This document shows positions 19,021 through 27,911 of a DNA stretch of 64,000 nt, in pieces. The notes beneath the pieces were generated by a model. It had not been told where the DNA came from. It did not search any database and saw nothing but the letters and a program-made list of their open reading frames with translations. The DNA lies in assembly GCF_018374135.1 (NCBI RefSeq), contig NZ_JAHAFS010000009.1:12193-76192 (forward strand), written 5' to 3'. Origin of the DNA: Campylobacter gracilis (lineage in GTDB: Bacteria > Campylobacterota > Campylobacteria > Campylobacterales > Campylobacteraceae). Made by a program: the position numbers and the translations under genes. The number at the start of each line of letters is the position of its first letter. The stretch's first letter is position 1.

Positions 19021-20285
19021 TGAATAAATCGCTACGCAACAAAATTCTCATTACTTTGGGCTTTCTTTTTGCCTATAGGTTGCTAGCTTACGTGCCGGTT
19101 CCGGGAGTGGACGTTGAGGTTATAAAGCAATTTTTTCAAAGCAATAGCAACAACGCTTTTGGAATGTTTAATATGTTTAGCGGTAACGCGGCGGAGCGAT
19201 TCAGCGTTATCTCGCTAGGCATTATGCCTTATATTACCGCTTCGATCATTATGGAGCTGCTCGCCGCGACCTTCCCAAATTTAGGCAAGCTCAAAAAAGA
19301 GCGCGACGGCATGCAGAAATATATGCAGATCATCAGATACGCTACCATCGCAATCGCTATGGTTCAATCCATCGGCGTTAGCATTGGCTTGCAGGGCATT
19401 CACGGACAGACCGGAGCGCCTGCGATAATGGCCGAAAATACCAACGAGTTTGTTTTCATCTCGTGCATTTCGATGCTTGCAGGCACCATGCTTTTGATGT
19501 GGATCGGCGAGCAGATTACGCAGCGCGGCGTCGGCAACGGCACCAGCCTTATCATCTTTGCAGGTATCGTAAGCGCTATCCCTAGAGCGATCGGAAGTAC
19601 CGTAAATTTAGTAAATACCGGCGAGATGAACGTTTTAAAGCTAATCGCGATCGTGCTAATCATCCTGGCTACTATCGGAGCAATTTTATATGTGGAGCTA
19701 GGTGAACGTAGAATTCCGGTATCGTTCTCGCGCAAGGTATTGATGGCAAATCAAAATAAGCGCATTATGAATTACGTGCCGATCAAGCTAAATTTAAGCG
19801 GCGTCATTCCGCCTATTTTTGCAAGCGCGATTTTGATGTTTCCGACTACAATTTTACAAGCAAGCACCAATCCGATCATCCAAAAGATCCACGATTTCCT
19901 TAGCCCCAGCAATTACTTCTTTAACTTTTTGACCTTTGTGTTGGTTATATTTTTTGCGTATTTTTACGCATCGATAGCGTTTAATTCAAAAGATATAAGC
20001 GAAAATTTAAAGAAGCAGGGCGGATTTATCCCGGGCATTCGTCCGGGCGAGGGAACGGCGAGCTTTTTAAACGAAGTTGCTAGCCGCCTTACGTTTTGGG
20101 GATCGATCTATCTCGGCCTCGTGACCGTCATCCCGTGGCTGCTCGTTAAATTTATGGGCGTGCCGTTTTATTTCGGCGGCACCAGCGTGCTGATCGTCGT
20201 CTCCGTCGCTCTTGATACGATGAGACGCATCGAAGCGCAGATCTATATGAATAAATATCAGACCCTAAGCGCGGTCGGGCTATAA
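19020..20285 (+). CDS. secY: Preprotein translocase subunit SecY
   Basis: 421 aa with 10 predicted transmembrane helices. The motifs GIMPYITASII and GTSLIIF are conserved in SecY. It lies immediately after rplO. Confidence 0.97.
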   Translation: MNKSLRNKILITLGFLFAYRLLAYVPVPGVDVEVIKQFFQSNSNNAFGMFNMFSGNAAERFSVISLGIMPYITASIIMELLAATFPNLGKLKKERDGMQKYMQIIRYATIAIAMVQSIGVSIGLQGIHGQTGAPAIMAENTNEFVFISCISMLAGTMLLMWIGEQITQRGVGNGTSLIIFAGIVSAIPRAIGSTVNLVNTGEMNVLKLIAIVLIILATIGAILYVELGERRIPVSFSRKVLMANQNKRIMNYVPIKLNLSGVIPPIFASAILMFPTTILQASTNPIIQKIHDFLSPSNYFFNFLTFVLVIFFAYFYASIAFNSKDISENLKKQGGFIPGIRPGEGTASFLNEVASRLTFWGSIYLGLVTVIPWLLVKFMGVPFYFGGTSVLIVVSVALDTMRRIEAQIYMNKYQTLSAVGL

Positions 20286-21044
20286 ATGGCGATTTTGCTT
20301 AAAACAAAAAAAGATTTAGAGGGGCTTCGTGCAGCGAACAAGATCGTTGCGCAGGCCCTTGATTACGCAGCTTCTTTCATAAAGCCGGGTCTTAGCCTGC
20401 TCGAAGTCGATAAGAAGATCGATGATTTCATCACATCCAAGGGTGCGTATCCTGCCTTTAAAGGGCTATACGGCTTTCCAAACGCCGCCTGCCTCTCGTT
20501 AAACGAAGTCATCATCCACGGCATCCCAGACGAAACGATCTTGCAAGAGGGCGATATCTTAGGCGTCGATTTGGGCTCGAAGCTGAACGGATATTTCGGC
20601 GACAGCGCACGCACTCTGCCCGTCGGTAAAATTTCAAAAGCCGACGAAGATCTCATCGCATGCAGTAAGGACACGCTGGAGTTTGCCATCAAAACGATCA
20701 GGGTAGGGATGCACTTCAAAGAGCTAAGCTTCGAGATCGAGAAATTTATTCGTGCGCGCGGCTTCGTGCCGCTATACGGCTTCTGCGGCCACGGCATCGG
20801 CAAGCACCCGCACGAAGAGCCTGAGATCCCAAACTATCTGGAGGGCAACAATCCAAAATCAGGCCCCAAAATCAAAAATGGCATGGTCTTTTGCATCGAG
20901 CCGATGATCTGCCAAAAGGATGGCACGCCGGTCATCGCCGAGGATAAATGGAGCACGAGAAGCAAGGATGGGCTCCGCACTAGCCACTATGAGCACTGCA
21001 TGGCGGTTTTCGACGACAAGGTCGAAGTGCTAAGCGTCGCATAG
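20286..21044 (+). CDS. map: Methionine aminopeptidase, type I
   Basis: 252 aa with the metal ligands D..D..H..E..E in the conserved HGIGK and HEEP context. It follows secY. Confidence 0.95.
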   Translation: MAILLKTKKDLEGLRAANKIVAQALDYAASFIKPGLSLLEVDKKIDDFITSKGAYPAFKGLYGFPNAACLSLNEVIIHGIPDETILQEGDILGVDLGSKLNGYFGDSARTLPVGKISKADEDLIACSKDTLEFAIKTIRVGMHFKELSFEIEKFIRARGFVPLYGFCGHGIGKHPHEEPEIPNYLEGNNPKSGPKIKNGMVFCIEPMICQKDGTPVIAEDKWSTRSKDGLRTSHYEHCMAVFDDKVEVLSVA

Positions 21045-21549
21045 AATTTCGCGCAAAAGCTGGCTCAGCCTAGTTAAAATTTTTTCACTTTGTCGGTGCG
21101 AAATTTTGCCTGCGATCGGTCTTTGACAATTTTACATCGCTCGCGTCTTGGAATTTTACCTCAGCCGCTTCATGCATAAATTTTATCCAAAGGAAACCTA
21201 TCGCGCTAGAAATTTTAAAATCTATCGCGACGGTTTGTAGCCTAGCCGCAAAATTTTAAAAGCCGAAATTTTTAGCTCATACTTTCTGTTTTTTAAAGCC
21301 TCGTTTTGTAGCTTCGCTCTTAGATCCGCTTTCAATTAAAATTTAGCCTCAAAATTCCGTCATCCAATTCTAACTCCCGCCCGTATCTTTAAAATTTAGC
21401 CGTAAAATTTGAAGCGTAAAGGCGCGCAAGTAAGCAAGCTCAAAGCTTTAAGCGGCTAAGATTGCGCCTTGATTTTAAAGCGAAAACATGTCGCGCTACG
21501 TAGAAGTGCGCGTCGTCGCGTCTCTTCGTACAAGGCAGGGAAATATAAA

Positions 21550-23589
21550 ATGAGAGAAAAATTTTATGTAGCGCTAGCAAATATAGGCTGGCTTATGGCA
21601 CGGACGAAAGTGGGCGGGCTCGTGGCGCACTTGCTTATGAAAATTGACCGCGGCTTTTTTGCCGCACTGCGCGAACGTCCCGTATGGAGGGTGTTTTGGC
21701 TCAGCACGGCGCTATGCCTGCTCGCATGCTGGGCTAAGATACATTATCAGATTAACGGACCCATCTTTGCCTACATCGCCGAGAGCTTTCCGGTGGTATT
21801 TATCATAAATTTGCTCATCTTTCACCTCTGCTACTTGCTTAGCGGGCGATTTTTCAAGCTCGTTTCATTGGTGCTACTGGTGCTAATTGTGCTGATTGCG
21901 AGCGCGGCTTTGTTTTTGATCGTAAATTTCGACTCAAGCTTCAATGTCGTGGCGATCGATGCGCTTGTGCATACCGACGCAGCCGAGACGCGCGAGTTCG
22001 TTTCGCAGTTTCTTAGCCCTGCGACGATTTTATATTTAGCGATGTTGCTTGGCTGCATCTTTGCAGCGCTAAGAGCGGGGCGGAGAAAGGAGGAGCAAAC
22101 GCATAGCGGTCTAAGATTGCTGTTAGCGGCGATTTATCTCATTTACGGAACGATCTTTTGCGCGGATATCGCCGCTAAAGCTTTCCAGGGCAAGCAGGGC
22201 TATATAACCAAGCTATCGCAATACGTCCCGCTGGAGTTTGCCTTTACGATAAAAGACTATCTAAGCGATAAGAATTTCATTACCGATATGCGCGAAGTGC
22301 AGCTCGGATACGATGAGGCCAAGCGCGCGAACGAGGCTGTTTTAAAAGGCGGCGCAAATTCAGATCCGCAAAGCTCCGCCCTGGATTCCGCGTCTGAAAA
22401 TTCCACGTCCGCATCAAGCGCTCAGGCGCAAAATTACGGCGCAAATTTAAATTCTACGTTCGCTTCAGGCAATGAGCTGCAAAGCTCAGGCAAGACTTTA
22501 AATTCTACGCCGCAAAGCCCCAGCGCGATTTCAAATTCTAAAAACCCTGAGGCCGCTACAAACCCTGCCTTGCAAAAGTCTCGTGTCAAAAATATCATCC
22601 TAATAATCGGCGAGAGCTTGCAGCGCGGGCATATGTCGCTCTACGGCTACGGCGTTAAAAATACGCCGCTTTTAGAGAAGCTCGAAGCAAGCGGCAATCT
22701 GATAAAATTTAGCGATACAATCTCACCTTACGGCACGACTAATCAGGTGCTGATGCGGCTTTTAAATTTCAGCGATTACGAAAGCGAGCGCAAAAGGGCT
22801 TGGTTTCGCAACCTTAGCATTATCGATATGTTTAAGCTAAGCGGCTACCGCACCTTTTGGATCAGCAATCAAGAGGCTTTTGGCGCACATGCGTTAAGCG
22901 CTAAAAGCGCTGCCGATCGCGCGGATTCAGAATCCTTCCTCTCAAAGAGTAATCTTTATGAAACCGTCCGCATCAAGCCTGACGGAGTGCTGCTTCCACT
23001 CATAAATCAGGCGAAAGAGGGGCAGAGCGAGCGAAATTTCTACGTGATCCATCTCATCGGCAGCCATATGGATTACAGCCTGCGCTATCCCGAGGGATTT
23101 GGCAAGTTTAGCGCGGCGGACGTAAAGGCAAAACTTACTTCCAAGCAGAAAGATGTCGTCGCATATTACGACAACAGCGTGCTTTACAACGATTTCGTCA
23201 TAAATGAAATTTTTAAAATTTTCTCTGGCGATGACAGTCTCATCGTCTATCTTAGCGATCACGGCGAAAATTTATACGAAAATGGACGCCTTGGGCACGG
23301 TATGGAGAGCCGCTTTACTTATGAAATCCCGCTGCTTTTTATAGCCTCGCGTGAGTTTTTGAGCGATCATGCTAAGCTATGGCAGAGGCTAGCTGCGGCG
23401 AAAGATAAGCCTTTTATGAGCGATGATTTGGCGCATTTGCTAGCAGATATCATCGGTGTCGTGCCACTTGAGTTTGACGAGCACAAAAGCCCGATACGAA
23501 CGGATTTTAATGTTTCGCGCAAGCGAATTGCTAACGGAGTCGATTACGATGAGAAATTAAAAAGCGCGAAGGGCTACGAGCTCGAGTAA
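21550..23589 (+). CDS. Phosphoethanolamine transferase (EptA/EptC/OpgE family), membrane-bound sulfatase-fold enzyme
   Basis: An N-terminal multi-transmembrane region is followed by NIILIIGESLQRGHMSLYGYGVKNTPLL, HLIGSHMDY and YLSDHGENLYENGRLGHG, which match EptA-family catalytic blocks. A roughly 100-aa Ser/Asn/Ala-rich linker lies between the membrane and catalytic domains. The start is taken at the internal ATG (MREKFY). Confidence 0.8.
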   Translation: MREKFYVALANIGWLMARTKVGGLVAHLLMKIDRGFFAALRERPVWRVFWLSTALCLLACWAKIHYQINGPIFAYIAESFPVVFIINLLIFHLCYLLSGRFFKLVSLVLLVLIVLIASAALFLIVNFDSSFNVVAIDALVHTDAAETREFVSQFLSPATILYLAMLLGCIFAALRAGRRKEEQTHSGLRLLLAAIYLIYGTIFCADIAAKAFQGKQGYITKLSQYVPLEFAFTIKDYLSDKNFITDMREVQLGYDEAKRANEAVLKGGANSDPQSSALDSASENSTSASSAQAQNYGANLNSTFASGNELQSSGKTLNSTPQSPSAISNSKNPEAATNPALQKSRVKNIILIIGESLQRGHMSLYGYGVKNTPLLEKLEASGNLIKFSDTISPYGTTNQVLMRLLNFSDYESERKRAWFRNLSIIDMFKLSGYRTFWISNQEAFGAHALSAKSAADRADSESFLSKSNLYETVRIKPDGVLLPLINQAKEGQSERNFYVIHLIGSHMDYSLRYPEGFGKFSAADVKAKLTSKQKDVVAYYDNSVLYNDFVINEIFKIFSGDDSLIVYLSDHGENLYENGRLGHGMESRFTYEIPLLFIASREFLSDHAKLWQRLAAAKDKPFMSDDLAHLLADIIGVVPLEFDEHKSPIRTDFNVSRKRIANGVDYDEKLKSAKGYELE

Positions 23590-23763
23590 TAGATGAGTTT
23601 TGCTTTTATCCCGTTACATGCTGTATAAACGAGGAATCGGCGCATCCCGTCTTTTTTTGATCGGTTCATCAAATTCAGATTAAATTCGCGCCACTCCAAT
23701 GGCTACGCTGATAAAAAGACGCGCAACGTTTGTTAAATTTGAGATCAAATTTATGCGTCGCGG

Positions 23764-24480
23764 TTAGCTCTCCTTTTTTACCTCATCCATATACGAGTAA
23801 ATCGTGACTTTCTGCGTCCTAAGCGCCTTTGCGACGAGCTCTACGGCGCCTTTTACCTCAAAAATTCCTTTTTGCGCGAGGAATTTTACGATACGCTTTC
23901 GATCCTCTTTCTTCATCCTCTCCACATTTAGATCGTGCGTAGCCGATGCGATAAGGTCTTGGACGATGTCAAGGATATTTTGCTGCGAATCGTTAGAGTT
24001 TTGCGTTTCTAAATTTACGTCGTCATTGAAGCTCGCCCCGTCTAATGCCGCGCTATTGCAGCTTCCGTCGGTAAAATTTGCGCCCTGCAACTCCTTGCTA
24101 TCGAGCTTTGCGTTCGGTAGAAGATTTTTTATTACTTTGTATGCGGCCATGGCGCTTGAAGTATCGATATTTACGCATAGCGCGCCTACTACTTTGCCGT
24201 CTGCGCCGCGGATCAGCGAAGTCGAGGAGCGTATGAGCTTGCCGTTTTGCGCGGTGAAGTAGTAGTTTGCGGTGCAGTCGTTTTCAAAATTTTTGCTTAG
24301 TAACACGTCCTTTACCAGATGATCGAAGCTTTGACCGATCCTTCTGCCCGTTACGTCGCCGAGGACGAAAACGACGGAGTTTTGCGGCGTGCTCATATCG
24401 TGGATGACCACCTCGCAATCGCCGATCGTATTTTTAATAAGGTGCGCGGTCGGTATAAAGGCTTGCAAAAGTTGATTCAT
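23764..24480 (-). CDS. YheO-like transcriptional regulator (PAS-like sensor plus C-terminal helix-turn-helix)
   Basis: 238 aa. The N-terminal HDMSTPQNSVVFVLGDVTGRRIGQ and the C-terminal DRKRIVKFLAQKGIFEVKGAVELVAKAL have YheO-type architecture. An Asn/Ser-rich insert sits in the middle. Confidence 0.6.
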   Translation of the reverse strand: MNQLLQAFIPTAHLIKNTIGDCEVVIHDMSTPQNSVVFVLGDVTGRRIGQSFDHLVKDVLLSKNFENDCTANYYFTAQNGKLIRSSTSLIRGADGKVVGALCVNIDTSSAMAAYKVIKNLLPNAKLDSKELQGANFTDGSCNSAALDGASFNDDVNLETQNSNDSQQNILDIVQDLIASATHDLNVERMKKEDRKRIVKFLAQKGIFEVKGAVELVAKALRTQKVTIYSYMDEVKKES

Positions 24481-24511
24481 TTCGGGCTCCTGAAATTTTA
24501 TATAAAAAAAT

Positions 24512-24587
24512 CTATAAATTTAGATTAAATTTTAAAATTTTTGCAAATTTATAGAAATACTTATATATTTTTAATAAATTTAGAGTA
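24512..24587. promoter_or_regulatory. Divergent promoter/operator region between the yheO-like gene and the ridA-PLP enzyme pair
   Basis: An inverted pair CTATAAATTT (24512-24521) and AAATTTATAG (24545-24554) is present. Direct repeats ATAAATTTAGA(T/G)T occur at 24515 and 24575. The 140-bp spacer is very AT-rich. Confidence 0.4.
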
Positions 24588-24622
24588 AAATTATATAAAA
24601 TTTTATATGCAAAGGAGCTTAA

Positions 24623-25009
24623 ATGAAAAAAATTTATCCAAGCGGTTTCGCGCCGAAAAAGGCGCATTATGCGCCGGGCATCCTAGACGACGATGGAATG
24701 CTCTACGTCTCGGGGCAGCTAAGCGTGGATCCGCGCACGGGGGCCATCGCGGAGGGTCTTGCTGCGCAGACCGCGCAGGCTCTAAGCAACGTTGCGGCAG
24801 TCCTGGCCGCCGCGGGCGCGGATAAAAGCGACGTGCGGATGTGCCGCGTCTATACGCCTGACGTCGCGAACTGGGACGTGATCGACGAGCAGTACGCGCT
24901 ATTTTTCGGCGCGCACAAGCCCGCTCGCGTCGTGGTACCGACTACGGCTCTACACTTCGGCTGCCTCGTAGAGATCGAGGCCGTCGCAAAAATCAAAGAG
25001 AAAAAGTAG
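24623..25009 (+). CDS. ridA: RidA (YjgF/TdcF/RutC) family reactive enamine/imine deaminase
   Basis: 128 aa with APKKAHYAPG, LYVSGQL and ARVVVPTTALHFGCLVEIEA, which are conserved RidA blocks. Confidence 0.88.
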   Translation: MKKIYPSGFAPKKAHYAPGILDDDGMLYVSGQLSVDPRTGAIAEGLAAQTAQALSNVAAVLAAAGADKSDVRMCRVYTPDVANWDVIDEQYALFFGAHKPARVVVPTTALHFGCLVEIEAVAKIKEKK

Positions 25010-25017
25010 GAGCGAAA

Positions 25018-26103
25018 ATGAGCGATTTCATCTGCACGGGCTGCGGTAAGCACGCGCCCATCGATACTTTGAGTTATAAATGCGACTGCGGCGGGCTGTA
25101 TAAACTAAACTCCGATGCGCCTAAATTTAACCCCGCGCTCGTAGATAAAAGCGAGTTTAGCATCTTTAGATACCGCAGGTTTATAGGTATCGACACAGCT
25201 AAATTTAGAGAAATTTCGATGGGCGAGGGGCTTACGGCGAGCGTGAAATTCGGCGAAAATCTCTATCTCAAGCTCGATTACGCGATGCCTACGCTTTCGT
25301 TTAAAGACCGCGGTGCGGCGGTTTTGGTATTACATGCCAAAAATATCGGCGTGAAAAAGGTGCTGCAAGACTCCAGCGGCAACGCGGGCAACGCCGTGGC
25401 GGCGTACTGTGCTCGCGCGGGCATCGAGTGTGAAATTTACGTCCCGAAGGGCACGTCGCCTAAAAAGATCGATATGATCAAAAGCCACGGCGCGCACGTC
25501 ACGGTGTTTGACGGCAGCCGCGACGAAACGGCGGACGCGTGCCGCAAAAAGGCCGCGCAGGAGCAGATATATTACGCCAATCACGTTTATAATCCGATCT
25601 TTTACGAGGGCACGAAGAGCTACATTTATGAGATCTACGAGCAGCTGGGCAGGGTGCCGCGCAATATCTTCATCCCCGTGGGCAACGGCACGCTGCTGCT
25701 GGGCGCTCAAGCGGCGCTAGGCGAGCTATATGAGGGCGGTCTTATCGAGACGCTGCCGAAAATTTTCATCGTTCAGGGCGAGCGTTGCGCTCCGCTTTTT
25801 GACGCTAAAGATGCGGCGCGCGAGATTAAGCCGCAGCCGACGCTAGCGGAGGGCATCGCGATCGCAAGACCGATGCGCGCGGCCGAAATTCTCGGCTCTA
25901 GCTACGCGGGCGAGCGCGAGGTGATTTTGGCGAGAGAGAGCGACATACTGCCTGCCAGAGCGGCTCTTGCGCGCGGAGGATTTTACGTCGAGCACACGAC
26001 CGCGGCTACCTACGCGGCGTATCTGCGCTACAAAGAAAGCCGCGATCTGCAAGGAGATAGCATCATCCCGCTTTGCGGCGCGGGGCTAAAGAGCGATCAT
26101 TAA
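25018..26103 (+). CDS. Threonine-synthase-like PLP-dependent enzyme with an N-terminal Cys4 zinc ribbon
   Basis: PTLSFKDRGAAV is the PLP-lysine motif of the threonine-synthase family. SSGNAGNAVAAY is the glycine-rich PLP phosphate loop. The N-terminus carries CTGCGK...CDCGG. At 361 aa it is shorter than a canonical ThrC. Confidence 0.7.
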   Translation: MSDFICTGCGKHAPIDTLSYKCDCGGLYKLNSDAPKFNPALVDKSEFSIFRYRRFIGIDTAKFREISMGEGLTASVKFGENLYLKLDYAMPTLSFKDRGAAVLVLHAKNIGVKKVLQDSSGNAGNAVAAYCARAGIECEIYVPKGTSPKKIDMIKSHGAHVTVFDGSRDETADACRKKAAQEQIYYANHVYNPIFYEGTKSYIYEIYEQLGRVPRNIFIPVGNGTLLLGAQAALGELYEGGLIETLPKIFIVQGERCAPLFDAKDAAREIKPQPTLAEGIAIARPMRAAEILGSSYAGEREVILARESDILPARAALARGGFYVEHTTAATYAAYLRYKESRDLQGDSIIPLCGAGLKSDH

Positions 26104-26514
26104 ATTTAAGCGCTCGGCGCGGAATTTATGCGGCTAGCTGGCGTCGAGGAATTTTAAAATTTTGCAGCTTTAAATTTAGTAGATTTATGAGCCCATGTTT
26201 TAGCGGGATGTTTAAAATTTGCGGCTCATAGGCTTTTAAATTTAAACTTGTATCGAGGCGCTAAGACGAGTCTCTGTTTTGTTCGATGCGGTTATATGGG
26301 CGCATTTTTATGGGCGACTTTGCTGCTAGCTGGATTTGTAAAATTGTATCTGCGATAGCTGGGTGGTCGCTCTTTAAATTTGAAATTACGGTCAAAATTT
26401 TATAAAAATAAGCTCACGGGATGCGGCGCAAGCCCTCCGTTTTGTTTGTGAAATTTAGTCTTTTTTATCGCTTTTAGCTAGCGAGCCTCTATGCAGAGGA
26501 TCAAATTCGCGCGG

Positions 26515-27063
26515 CTATTTCGAGTTTTCTTTAGCGATGTGCGTAAATTTAAGCACAAATTCGCTTTTTGCCGCAGTGTAGGTGTCGCGGTCGAACTCGA
26601 ACCGCTTGCAAAGTTCTAATTTAAGCGCCTCGTACCGCTCGGCGATATCCGCATTCGCTCGCAAAAAATCTCTAAAAAATATCTCGTCCGCATCGCCGAA
26701 ATTTCGCAAATGCACGTGAAAAACGCGCTCGGCAAATCCCGCTTCGGTGTAGCCCTTATTTAGGCTGCAGCGGCTCTCGCTTTCGCTCATTAGCAGATAG
26801 TCCGCGTCTATCAGGCGCTGTTTGGCTGCGGTAATATCCAAGCACTCGATCAAAATATCTACGATCGGCTTCGCCCAGATCCCGCTTACTGCGGTGCTGC
26901 CGATATGGTGGATCTTGATCTCGCCAGAGTCTCGCAGCAGCCCGCGCAGAATTTCGCGCTCCTGTCTAAACCAAACGCCCCAGCGCAGATCGTGCGGCAC
27001 GAGACGTATCGGAAAGAGCCGCCACAGCTCCTGCAGGCTCATCGAAAGGAGTTTATTGCTCAT
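26515..27063 (-). CDS. GrpB-family protein (UPF0157, nucleotidyltransferase-like fold)
   Basis: The stretch IHHIGSTAVSGIWAKPIVDILI and the FRDFLRANADIAERYEALK motif are typical of GrpB. Confidence 0.7.
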   Translation of the reverse strand: MSNKLLSMSLQELWRLFPIRLVPHDLRWGVWFRQEREILRGLLRDSGEIKIHHIGSTAVSGIWAKPIVDILIECLDITAAKQRLIDADYLLMSESESRCSLNKGYTEAGFAERVFHVHLRNFGDADEIFFRDFLRANADIAERYEALKLELCKRFEFDRDTYTAAKSEFVLKFTHIAKENSK

Positions 27064-27098
27064 CTTAACTCCAAAGTATTGGGTGAAATTTGAATGGA

Positions 27099-27186
27099 TG
27101 GCGGGTAGATAGGGATTCGAACCCTAGAAGGCTGACGCCTTACGCGCTTTCGAGGCGCGCTCCTTCGACCGCTCGGACATCTACCC
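27099..27186 (-). tRNA. tRNA-Ser (anticodon CGA)
   Basis: I folded the reverse complement GGGTAGA-TG-TCC-GAGCGGTCGAA-GGA-G-CGCGC-CTCGAAA-GCGCG-[long variable arm]-TAGGG-TTCGAAT-CCCTA-TCTACCC-GCCA. It has a 3-bp D stem and a long variable arm, as in class II tRNAs, and an encoded CCA. Confidence 0.85.
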
Positions 27187-27472
27187 GAATGAAAATGTAA
27201 TTTAAGCCAAAAATGGCTTAATAACAGATTTAAAAATGAAATTCCGCGTGAAATTTCGCCTGATTTGCGGGCGGAGGTTGAAATTTAACGGCGCAAATTT
27301 AGATTTCATTTTAAATCCACGGCTTAAGGTACGGCGCGCTTTCGGCATAAAATTTATTTCGTGCGTAGTTTTGGGCACGGAATTTTACCGCTTTATGGAT
27401 GAAATTTTACGCAAAAGCTCATCGTCGCGGCGGCGAAAAATCACTCGCCGTTTATAAATTTCATGCGCCGCC

Positions 27473-27895
27473 CTACAAAACCGAGATGAAAATTTTGACC
27501 TCGTCTCTGCCGTAAAACTCAAAATCCGTTCCAAACGCTCTTTTTAGTTCGCCGGCTTCAAAAAAGCTCCAAATTTTGCCCCAAAACTTTGCTACGTTTT
27601 GCGGCTCATTTGGGAAACTAAAAACGGCGTATTTGCCGCTTTTGATCTCCAAGGCTTCGTCGCTGCGGGGCGCTTTAGCGCCGATAAAGATATTGTAAAG
27701 CCCGTCGGCGCCGTCTTCATAATCATAATAGACGCCGTAAATCTCGCTCTGCCCGTCATAGCACTCTTTCATAAATTTCGCCCACAGCGCAGGAATTTTA
27801 CCGCTCCCGCCCAGCTCGTCCGCGTTTTTCGTGCGGGCTTTTAACCCATAAATTTTAAATCCGTCTAAATATGAAATTTTGATTTTTTCGCTCAA
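27473..27895 (-). CDS. GyrI-like (SbmC / AraC effector-binding fold) small-molecule-binding protein
   Basis: 140 aa. The N-terminal KIYGLKARTKN and the C-terminal F..EFYG pattern match the GyrI-like domain. Confidence 0.6.
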   Translation of the reverse strand: MSEKIKISYLDGFKIYGLKARTKNADELGGSGKIPALWAKFMKECYDGQSEIYGVYYDYEDGADGLYNIFIGAKAPRSDEALEIKSGKYAVFSFPNEPQNVAKFWGKIWSFFEAGELKRAFGTDFEFYGRDEVKIFISVL

Positions 27896-27911
27896 ATTTC
27901 GTCCTTTGCCG

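Noticed and set aside
12370-19735. Antisense ORFs (60-111 aa) inside ribosomal protein genes and secY
   Set aside because: They are embedded in highly conserved genes on the opposite strand and have no start or ribosome-binding site context.
21469-21549. Upstream extension of the EptC-like ORF (MILKRKHVALRRSARRRV...)
   Set aside because: It has no ribosome-binding site and an Arg-rich composition. The internal ATG at 21550 is preceded by a purine-rich stretch and starts the hydrophobic N-terminus.
24607-24825. 72-aa Arg/Gly-rich ORF overlapping the ridA start
   Set aside because: It is in an alternative frame of the well-supported RidA gene. Its composition is an artefact of the GC-rich wobble positions of ridA.
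27236-27457. 73-aa ORF in the spacer between tRNA-Ser and the GyrI-like gene
   Set aside because: It is Arg/Phe-rich, lies in AAATTT-repeat DNA and has no ribosome-binding site. It is likely noncoding.
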